DNA of 64,000 nucleotides from Oscillospiraceae bacterium (GTDB taxonomy: Bacteria > Bacillota > Clostridia > Oscillospirales > CAG-272): the NCBI GenBank assembly GCA_015064685.1, contig SVRT01000001.1:158560-222559 (forward strand). The letters are read 5' to 3'. The position numbers were made by a program, and so were the translations under genes. Each line of letters begins with the position of its first letter. The stretch's first letter is position 1. This document shows, in pieces, positions 56,648-64,000 of this stretch. The notes under the pieces were generated by a model. That model did not search any database. It saw only the letters and a program-made list of their open reading frames with translations, and was not told the origin of the DNA.

Positions 56648-57730
56648 TTATTTTTCGTTTGTCAGATTCCAGGTCGGGAAAAGCTCGCGCCAAACGTCGG
56701 TGTGAGCCTCGCAGTCAAGGTAGTGGGCAAAATTGTGATTTTGACGGTCGGTAGACTCGCGAGTGCACGCGTTTGCTATTGCGGCAACGTAGTACTTTCC
56801 GTTAGCCTCACAGAATTCGTGCCAGCCCTGTCTCCATTCGCCATTATGGAGCTGCTCATTTCTCTTGGCGAACTCGGACATAATAGTTTCCTTGTCCTCA
56901 CCCTTTGCAAGTGAAATGCCGTATTCTCCCGATCTTATTGGGGTGAAGGCGATCTCGCCGCTCTTGGTGTCGTATTCGACCGCTAAAAGCGTATCCCAGC
57001 TTTCCATATCCATAAGCTTGGCAAACTGGAAGTTACCCTGACCGTAAAGGATGTGACAGCCCTCATACTCCTCGTATGCACCGATGCAATGTGTATGCTG
57101 GCAGAGGACTACGTCAGCGCCGTTCTTTGCCATAGCGCGGCAGAGCTTACGCAGACGGGGAGAGGGATAGCGGCAATGCTCCTTGCCTCCGTGGTACATT
57201 ACAAGCACACGGTCGTACTTTGCCTTTGCGGCTCTTATATCCTCCATCGTGTCGTACTCGTCGTAGGGGCGAGAGCCCATTCTGTCCTCAAGCGCGTAGG
57301 AATATTCGTGCTCGCAGACTGCGATGATGCAAACCTTCTCGCCGTCCTTTTCAAAGACGTAATCGCGTCGTGAATCCTCGTAATTCTCGCCAAAGCCCGT
57401 GTAGTCGAGTCCTGCCGCCTTGATAGCGTTGATGCTGTCAATAGCGCCTTCCTTACCAAAGTCAAAGATGTGGTTATTGGAGAGACCGCAAACTGTAACG
57501 CCAAGCTCTTTGAGCATCTCTGCGGTCTCTAGGGGAGCTTTGAGGTTAGGGCCGAATTTCATTATTTTGTTTTCGCTCTCTGTGATGGCGCACTCAATGT
57601 TCGCAAAGACGAGGTCCTTGTTCTCAAAAAGCGTTACGGTATCTCCAAAAAGCGCGGGAATATTTTTCTCTTTGTAATATGGTGTTGAATAAACCGTGGG
57701 ACAGATATCGCCTACAAGAAGTGTTTTCAT
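56648..57730 (-). CDS. CapA family metallophosphatase-fold protein
   Basis: 'GDI', 'ANIEC', 'LSNNHIFDFG', 'YHGGKE', 'QHTH', 'YGQGNF'. Confidence 0.85.
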   Translation of the reverse strand: MKTLLVGDICPTVYSTPYYKEKNIPALFGDTVTLFENKDLVFANIECAITESENKIMKFGPNLKAPLETAEMLKELGVTVCGLSNNHIFDFGKEGAIDSINAIKAAGLDYTGFGENYEDSRRDYVFEKDGEKVCIIAVCEHEYSYALEDRMGSRPYDEYDTMEDIRAAKAKYDRVLVMYHGGKEHCRYPSPRLRKLCRAMAKNGADVVLCQHTHCIGAYEEYEGCHILYGQGNFQFAKLMDMESWDTLLAVEYDTKSGEIAFTPIRSGEYGISLAKGEDKETIMSEFAKRNEQLHNGEWRQGWHEFCEANGKYYVAAIANACTRESTDRQNHNFAHYLDCEAHTDVWRELFPTWNLTNEK

Positions 57731-57762
57731 AATCAAATCCTCCGTATTTGCACAAAATTAAG

Positions 57763-57791
57763 TTGACAAGCACACGTCGGTGTGCTATAAT
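57763..57791 (+). promoter_or_regulatory. Consensus sigma-A promoter with palindromic spacer
   Basis: TTGACA-AGCACACGTCGGTGTGC-TATAAT; AGCACAC-N4-GTGTGCT. Confidence 0.75.
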
Positions 57792-57880
57792 CATTATATC
57801 ACCCAAAGAAAAAAGGTGCAATAGATAATTTTAACGTATTAGGCGAAAAAATGCACTATATTAAGATGACCGGAGGAAAA

Positions 57881-58627
57881 ATGGAGGCGTATCTTGTAAA
57901 AAATCTATCGCATTTCTGCAATATCAGTGTCAAAAAAAGCCGCGAAATGCCCGATACAGTTATAAAGTTTTATGATCTGACCTTCGTTATGAAGGGAAGA
58001 CTTTTATACAATATAAACGGAGAAGAATGCGAGATAGGAAAGAACGACGCGATCCTTTTGCCCCCGGGGACAATGCGCTCGCGAGTTGAGCTTGACGAGG
58101 AGGTAAGCTACGCGAGCTTTAATTTTCAGCTCAACGATGGAGTCACCCTACCCGACAGGCTTTTTCTATCAAACGTGGTGACCGAGGAAATAAGGACGCT
58201 TCTCTCTGCCTTCTCTCAGACCCATATATCACCGCTTTACCATTCCGAAGAAAAGGCGCAGAATTTGCTCAACTATATTCTTTTTGAGATCCTTGACGTT
58301 CTGTCTTATGAGAGCAATGACAAGAACGTCGGCGCAATAATCAGATTCATTGACGACAGCGTGAGTGAGAGAATAACTCTCACAATGATCAGTGACCACG
58401 TGCATCTTTCGCGCGAGTACGTCGCGTATATTTTCAAGCGCGAGACGGGAAAGACCGTTATTGAATATATAAACGAGCGCAAAATGCTGCTTGCCAAGGA
58501 TATGATACAGAACGGAAATATGACTCTCGGTGAGGTCGCACAAAGGCTCGGCTTTGAGAATTACGGATATTTTTCGAGGTGTTTTAAAAAGCATTTCAAT
58601 ACCTCGCCGAAATCATTTCAGAAATAA
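57881..58627 (+). CDS. AraC family transcriptional regulator
   Basis: 'HLSREYVAYIFK', 'VAQRLGFENYGYFSRCFKK'; RBS GGAGG. Confidence 0.92.
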   Translation: MEAYLVKNLSHFCNISVKKSREMPDTVIKFYDLTFVMKGRLLYNINGEECEIGKNDAILLPPGTMRSRVELDEEVSYASFNFQLNDGVTLPDRLFLSNVVTEEIRTLLSAFSQTHISPLYHSEEKAQNLLNYILFEILDVLSYESNDKNVGAIIRFIDDSVSERITLTMISDHVHLSREYVAYIFKRETGKTVIEYINERKMLLAKDMIQNGNMTLGEVAQRLGFENYGYFSRCFKKHFNTSPKSFQK

Positions 58628-58628
58628 T

Positions 58629-58657
58629 AAAAAATGCCGCACAAGCGGCATTTTTTT
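58629..58657. terminator. Bidirectional terminator
   Basis: AAAAAATGCCGC-acaa-GCGGCATTTTTT. Confidence 0.85.
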
Positions 58658-58665
58658 GATATTTA

Positions 58666-59883
58666 TTATTCTGTCTGCTTGCTACCAAGCTTTGCTTTTA
58701 TTGAGTCGAATGGAAGAGAAATGATCACTCCGACCACCATAAGTCCCATCCAGACAAGGATCAGATTGCCCCATCCGATAGTCGTTGCGGCATTTGCGAA
58801 AACGAGGTTTGCGGCAGCTGCTGCCATATAGCTTAAAAAGTCGAGGAAGCCTGTTGCGCTCGAGACTATTCCCGTGCTTTTAAGGCTCGGGCAGTACACG
58901 CTCCAGAGCATACTTGACGCACTGTTTGAGGACATTATTGCAAGAATGATGAAAACGATATTAAGGATAGGAAGGCTTACAAAGTATGTAAGAACAAAGA
59001 AGATCACTGCAGAGCTGAACATCAGAAGAAGCGCGAGATTAACGTTGTGTCCGAGTCTTTCGTAAACAAATACGGCAATGATCGCGGTCAGTGAAATTAT
59101 GAGGGTCGCGGCAGTGAATATGCTTGCAGCCTCGGTATCCGAAAACTTAAGATGCTGGGCAAGATAGGTAGGAAGCCAGAAAACGACCGACGTTCTGACA
59201 ACACCTGTAAGTATTGCTACGAATGAGAATTTTACGATGTGGTGCTTGAAGAGCACCTTAACGTTTTGCGCGCCTTTTTTCTCGGTCTTGATCTGACCGT
59301 ATTTAACGATCCCACGCTTTTCAAAGACGAGAAAAATTATAAATGTAATCGCGGACATACCAAAAAGTGCCGCGCTGCTTACAGCGAACACGCTCTGCCA
59401 TGCAAGGAATGATGCGAGAAGTCCTGCGGCAGGTGAGCCAAAGAGGGAAGCAAAGGTGTAGCCTACACTGCAACGTACAGCGTGAATATGCTCGGTGTTC
59501 TCGGATACGACCTTGGTCATAGGTCCGTAGATCATCGAAAGGAAGAATCCCGTCACCGCATAAGCGATCATTGCCGCTGCAGGGGTGATATGGACGATGA
59601 GCGAGAAGGTAAGATTTGTGATACCTGCGCCGAGAAGGCCCATGGATATCATCCATCTAGCCTTGATTTTGTCTCCGATCGCGCCGTTTATAAGCTGTCC
59701 TACTGCGTAAAACACGAAGTAGAGCGAGGAGATGCTACCGATATATTCTTCGGTGTATCCTTGAGTTATCATTTGCGGAGTTACCGCGCCGAGAATATTT
59801 CTGGCTATATAGACCGCAAAATATGCCACCGAGCAAAGTGCTCCGAGCATAAACGCGTTTTTTGCATTTCTTGAGAGCTTCAT
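58666..59883 (-). CDS. MFS transporter (OPA/UhpC-like)
   Basis: 12 TM pattern, 'YAVGQLINGAIGDK', 'VFWLPTYL', 'ATGFLD'. Confidence 0.88.
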   Translation of the reverse strand: MKLSRNAKNAFMLGALCSVAYFAVYIARNILGAVTPQMITQGYTEEYIGSISSLYFVFYAVGQLINGAIGDKIKARWMISMGLLGAGITNLTFSLIVHITPAAAMIAYAVTGFFLSMIYGPMTKVVSENTEHIHAVRCSVGYTFASLFGSPAAGLLASFLAWQSVFAVSSAALFGMSAITFIIFLVFEKRGIVKYGQIKTEKKGAQNVKVLFKHHIVKFSFVAILTGVVRTSVVFWLPTYLAQHLKFSDTEAASIFTAATLIISLTAIIAVFVYERLGHNVNLALLLMFSSAVIFFVLTYFVSLPILNIVFIILAIMSSNSASSMLWSVYCPSLKSTGIVSSATGFLDFLSYMAAAAANLVFANAATTIGWGNLILVWMGLMVVGVIISLPFDSIKAKLGSKQTE

Positions 59884-60779
59884 TTTCTTTTCCTTTTCTT
59901 TAATAACGGTTCATCACTTGCGGAGAGATATGCGCCTATCGCCATGAGAACGAGCGCGATAATAAAGGTATATTTGGGAATCTCCGCAAAAATGATCAGT
60001 GATAGGAGTGCGCCGATGAAGGGGGCAATCGCGTAGTACGCGCTTGTTCTCGCCGCACCGAGTGATCTTTGTGCGTAAACGTAGAAGAATATGCTGAGTC
60101 CGTAAGCGACAAAGCCAACTCCGAGGACTGCGAAAACGCTCCATACGGCAGAGATCTTTTCGCCCAGCACAAGACCTATGATAAGAGATCCGAGTCCCGA
60201 GCCAAGTCCCTTGATCACGACTATTTGCATGGGGTCCTTGCTCGAGAGCTTACGCGTGCAGTTGTTTTCAAATCCCCAGCAAACACAAGCGAGCAGAACG
60301 AAGAGAGAACCGTAGGAAAACTGCAGGCTCGAGATATCCTCGAATGAGAGAAGCGCGCAGGATAGAACGACAAACAGTATTCCGCCCCAAAGCCTCGGGC
60401 TGATCCTTTCCTTGAATATCATAAGCGCGATAAGTGCGGTTGCTACGATCTCGAAATTATTGAGCAGAGAGGCGTTTGCGGCGCTCGTCGCGTTAAGTCC
60501 CATAAGAAGAAATATCGGAGCGGCTATGTCAAGCACTACCATAGCAACAGTATACGGCAGTTCATTGCGAGTAAGCTTAAGCTCGTTTTGCTCTTTTTTT
60601 GCGGCACGTCGAATGAGTGCTATGATACCCATTCCCATCCCCGCGCCGAGATATAAAAATCCCGCCATAAGCGTTGGGGGAAGATAATCGAGCAGGAGCT
60701 TTGATAGCGGGGAATTGAGTGCGTATAGTGCAGCTGCTAAAACGGCGAGCAATATACCGATATTTTTACTCTTTTTCAC
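59880..60779 (-). CDS. DMT/EamA family transporter
   Basis: 'AGFLYLGAG', 'ASLLNNFEIVAT', 'LGAARTSAYY'; GTG start. Confidence 0.9.
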   Translation of the reverse strand: MKKSKNIGILLAVLAAALYALNSPLSKLLLDYLPPTLMAGFLYLGAGMGMGIIALIRRAAKKEQNELKLTRNELPYTVAMVVLDIAAPIFLLMGLNATSAANASLLNNFEIVATALIALMIFKERISPRLWGGILFVVLSCALLSFEDISSLQFSYGSLFVLLACVCWGFENNCTRKLSSKDPMQIVVIKGLGSGLGSLIIGLVLGEKISAVWSVFAVLGVGFVAYGLSIFFYVYAQRSLGAARTSAYYAIAPFIGALLSLIIFAEIPKYTFIIALVLMAIGAYLSASDEPLLKKRKRK

Positions 60780-60861
60780 GGCAAGTCTCCCTTGTTTTTT
60801 TCAACGATAAAGATTATATCACTTAAATGGGGAATAATCAATACCTTTTCGATTTTTTGTC

Positions 60862-60888
60862 AAAAAAAAGCCCCGAATGATCGGGGCA
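60862..60888 (-). terminator. Terminator after alanine symporter gene
   Basis: A8-GCCCCGA-atga-TCGGGGC. Confidence 0.8.
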
Positions 60889-60896
60889 AATGTATT

Positions 60897-62315
60897 TTAT
60901 TCGGATTGATTGTCAGCGGTGGATCTTTGTCTTAGGAAAAAGTCCTTTGTCGTTGTGACTACAACTCCCGAAAGACCAATAAGCGCGATAAGATTCGGGA
61001 GTGCCATGAGCGTGTTGAAGCAATCTGCGATCAGCCACACCGTATTGATCTCTGCGACCGAGCCGATAAAGACAAATGCGACGTATATAACTCTGTATGT
61101 CCACACTGCTACCTTGCGATGACTTTTGAAAAGATAGCCTGCGCATATTTCTCCGTAATATGCCCAGCCGAGAATAGTGGATAGTGCGAAGAACACCGTT
61201 GCGATAGAGACTCCTATGCCGCCAACGTACGGCAGCGCCTCGTTGAACGCGGCACTTGAAAGAGCGGCGCCGTTGACCGATGGGGCTATTCCGACGGAAT
61301 ACGCGTTCAAATAAGTATCTGAGGTAAGCACGATTATCGCAGACATAGTGCATATGACTATTGTGGTGATAAATACCTCGAATACGCCCCAGAGTCCCTG
61401 CTTTACGGGCTCGTTGGCGCTTGAAGCTGAGTGAGCGATCGGTGCGCTTCCAAGTCCTGCCTCGTTTGTAAAAACACCGCGGCCGACTCCGTATCTCATG
61501 GCGGAGAGTATACCGTAGCCCGCAACGCCGCCTGTTGCCGCCTTGAAATTAAATGCTTCCTTAAATATCAGGGAGAAGGCTGTCGGAACACGCTCGGCAT
61601 TCAGAACAAGCGCGACGACAGATGCAAGAATAAAGAATATTGCCATTACCGGAACGAGCTTTTCGTTAACTGACGCTATTCTTTTGACACCTCCGATTAT
61701 TACGGTACCGACAATGACCGTCAGGACTATTCCGGTGATCAATGGGGATATACCGAGGTTTGAATCAAGCACCCCCGATATTGAGTTGGACTGCGTTGCG
61801 TTGCCGGTGCCGATACAAGCGACCATTGCGAAAAGAGCGAAAATAACGGCGAGCCATTTAAGCCCAAGTCCGTTTTTTATGTAGTACATAGGGCCGCCCG
61901 TAAACGCGCCACCTTTATCTTTTTCGCGGTACTTTAGTGCGAGAACTATCTCAGAATACTTTGTTACCATTCCAAGAAGAGCGCTTACCCACATCCAGAA
62001 CACCGCACCGGGACCTCCGAGGACAAGAGCAGTCGCAACTCCCGCAATGCTTCCTGTGCCGATCGTTCCCGCGAGAGCGGTCGTAACTGCTTGGAAGGGG
62101 GATACGCTGCCTTCCTTCTTCTCGTGCGTGTTTTTATTGAAAAGCGAGCCGAGAGTGTTTTTCACCGCGTAGCCAAAGCGTCTGAATTGGAAAAATCCCG
62201 TTCGCACCGAGAGAAATATTCCCGTGGCGATCAGAAGTATCATCATGGCGATGCTGAGAATATTGTCGTATGCGAAGCTAAGTGTGCGGTTTAGCCATTC
62301 TATGATCTGAGCCAT
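60897..62315 (-). CDS. Sodium:alanine/glycine symporter (AlsT/AgcS family)
   Basis: 'SPFQA..TALAGTIGTGSIAGVA', 'GGPGAVFWMW', 'GGPMYYI', 'RGVFTNEAGLGS'. Confidence 0.95.
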   Translation of the reverse strand: MAQIIEWLNRTLSFAYDNILSIAMMILLIATGIFLSVRTGFFQFRRFGYAVKNTLGSLFNKNTHEKKEGSVSPFQAVTTALAGTIGTGSIAGVATALVLGGPGAVFWMWVSALLGMVTKYSEIVLALKYREKDKGGAFTGGPMYYIKNGLGLKWLAVIFALFAMVACIGTGNATQSNSISGVLDSNLGISPLITGIVLTVIVGTVIIGGVKRIASVNEKLVPVMAIFFILASVVALVLNAERVPTAFSLIFKEAFNFKAATGGVAGYGILSAMRYGVGRGVFTNEAGLGSAPIAHSASSANEPVKQGLWGVFEVFITTIVICTMSAIIVLTSDTYLNAYSVGIAPSVNGAALSSAAFNEALPYVGGIGVSIATVFFALSTILGWAYYGEICAGYLFKSHRKVAVWTYRVIYVAFVFIGSVAEINTVWLIADCFNTLMALPNLIALIGLSGVVVTTTKDFFLRQRSTADNQSE

Positions 62316-62376
62316 TGTTTCCTCCGAATAAAAAGGTTATGCCGAGGCACTCCTTTTGCTTGAAAAATCAATAAAA

Positions 62377-62405
62377 ATTATATAACTAAACCGCCCTTCT
62401 GTCAA
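62377..62405 (-). promoter_or_regulatory. Consensus sigma-A promoter of symporter gene
   Basis: Minus strand TTGACA-17 bp-TATAAT. Confidence 0.75.
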
Positions 62406-62501
62406 TCGGAGAAAGACAAAAAGGCGGCGCTTTGAAAAAGTCTTATTGATTTGTCAAAAAAATGGGGGATACGCGCAGATATTTTGCACCAAGAAATTTT
62501 A

Positions 62502-63311
62502 CTATGCGTCCGTCATACGCTTCTCGTCTGACGGGGAGTGACCGAAGAATGCGGTGTAATTTCGGTAAAAGGTCGTGTAATCACCAAAACCGCAGGCATC
62601 GCAGACAGTTACGGGCTTCTCTCCGTCCGCTATCATCTTCTGTGCGCAGAGCAAGCGCTTGTCCATAATGTACTTTTTGGGTGTCTGTCTCAGCTCGCTC
62701 TTGAAAAGACGGAAAAGATAACTCTCGCTGACAAAAAGATGCTTTGCAATGTCCTCAATGCTGTCAACGGTGAAAAGATTTTCATTTATATATTTAAGCG
62801 CCTCAGTAATCAGCGGTGAGGATGTAAAGCTTTCGTCACTTTGAGTCTGCGGGAATATACTGAGATTCAAAAATAGCTCGGAGAGCATCGGGGGAAGGAA
62901 ATTGAGAAAGGTCTCATAAGAGCAGTTACTGTGATAGAAGTCAAAACGGTGGAAGATATCCTCGGCAGACTTGTTTCCCGATAGATTGATGATCTCAACG
63001 TTGTCGGGAATAAGCTCAACCCCGCTTACTCCGTGCCTTGCAGGATCAAAAAGAACGTTATATCTCTCGTAATTGACGGATGAATCTATCTGGATAAAAT
63101 GATAGTGAAGGGGGCGAATGAGAATGAGGTCACCTTTTTTGAGCTTGTATTTTCTATCCTCAATAACGTGGGTAGCATCTCCGCTTACAATGTATAAAAG
63201 CTCGTAAACGTTATGCGTATGAAGGCAGTGATCCTCGCGTCTCGGAGACTCTGTTATCACATGCTTGTAAAAGAGCTTGTCTGTCTCCCATATGCAATCG
63301 TTCATCTTCAT
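62502..63311 (-). CDS. AraC family transcriptional regulator
   Basis: 'HTHNVYELLY', 'FVSESYLFRLFK', 'CGFGDYTTFYRNY'. Confidence 0.92.
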   Translation of the reverse strand: MKMNDCIWETDKLFYKHVITESPRREDHCLHTHNVYELLYIVSGDATHVIEDRKYKLKKGDLILIRPLHYHFIQIDSSVNYERYNVLFDPARHGVSGVELIPDNVEIINLSGNKSAEDIFHRFDFYHSNCSYETFLNFLPPMLSELFLNLSIFPQTQSDESFTSSPLITEALKYINENLFTVDSIEDIAKHLFVSESYLFRLFKSELRQTPKKYIMDKRLLCAQKMIADGEKPVTVCDACGFGDYTTFYRNYTAFFGHSPSDEKRMTDA

Positions 63312-63503
63312 ATAAGGCTCCTTTCCTATACTGCACAAGCATTATAGCACGATTTTTCCGTTTGTAAAGCCATTATAACACACAAGTTCATAAAATGCAA
63401 TAGAAAAGGGTAAAAAATGCCATTTACTTGGTAAAAAATAAATTATATAATGAGGATGTGATAAAGTGTCACTTATTAACTTATATGAAAGGAAGTAAAA
63501 GTT

Positions 63504-64000
63504 ATGAAAAAGCTTAACCTCGCTATTATCGGTCAGGGAAGAAGCGGTAAGAACATCCACGGAAGATTTTACCGCACCGACGATAATCAGTTTTTTAACG
63601 TAAAATACGTTGTCGAAGCAGACGATTTCCGCAGAGAAAGGGCAAAGAACGATTACCCCGGATGCACAACGCTTGCGGACTACCGTGATCTTTACGATCT
63701 TAACGATATCGATCTCGTTGTTAACGATACTTATTCCGATCTTCACTATCCTATTACGAAGGACCTTCTCGAGCACGGCTTTAACGTTCTCGTAGAAAAG
63801 CCCTTTGCAAGAACAAGATACGAGTGCGATACTCTTATCAATATTGCAAAGGAGAAGGGCGTTCTTCTTGCAGTGTTCCAGCAGACCTTCTTCGCACCCT
63901 TTTATGAGTTCGCATACGACCTTGCTAAATCCGGCAAGCTCGGTGAGATCCAGCAGATCACTATAAGATACAATGGATTCTCCCGCCGTTGGGACTGGCA
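63504..64000 (+). CDS. Gfo/Idh/MocA family oxidoreductase (3' truncated)
   Basis: Translated by hand: MKKLNLAIIGQGRSG...VLVEKPFA; open to window end; not in ORF track because no stop. Confidence 0.88.
   Translation, partial: MKKLNLAIIGQGRSGKNIHGRFYRTDDNQFFNVKYVVEADDFRRERAKNDYPGCTTLADYRDLYDLNDIDLVVNDTYSDLHYPITKDLLEHGFNVLVEKPFARTRYECDTLINIAKEKGVLLAVFQQTFFAPFYEFAYDLAKSGKLGEIQQITIRYNGFSRRWDW

Noticed and set aside
62316-62500. Possible glycine riboswitch or T-box before the alanine/glycine symporter
   Set aside because: Promoter lies about 60 bp from the start codon, leaving no room; no aptamer consensus visible

Overview
A 64-kb chromosomal segment from a Bacillota (Clostridia-like, probably spore-forming gut/rumen) bacterium. 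The lineage is inferred from the CIRCE/HrcA system, the Gram-positive-type short DnaK, IreB, SpoIVFB-like and DUF1540 genes. It is mostly housekeeping: hrcA-grpE-dnaK-dnaJ-prmA(-GH3)-rsmE, cdaR-ctpA-greA, pyk, tig-clpP-clpX, apgM-lepB-rbgA-rnhB-yraN-dipeptidase-thrC and ribF. Scattered among these are cytoplasmic glycan and ester hydrolases (GH2, GH3, GH5, CE15-like, SASA), fucI, and AraC/LysR regulators. No rRNA, tRNA, CRISPR, integrase or transposase was seen. Four things stand out. (1) A DUF1836 HTH protein is fused to a copy of the NfeD OB-fold domain (40/66 aa identical to the NfeD 7 kb away). Its promoter shares a palindromic -35/-10 spacer motif with the nfeD-SPFH promoter, suggesting an undescribed regulatory circuit for SPFH membrane complexes. 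(2) A six-gene Dlt/Alg-like envelope-acylation operon has a non-DltA adenylation pocket, an MBOAT with a fused Tyr shuttle motif, an SGNH protein with Cys in place of the catalytic Ser, and a transglutaminase. (3) Two intergenic hairpin elements with unrelated interiors share the same distinct left and right termini. (4) An S11 D,D-carboxypeptidase has degenerate catalytic motifs. All product calls come from motif recognition by eye, not database searches.
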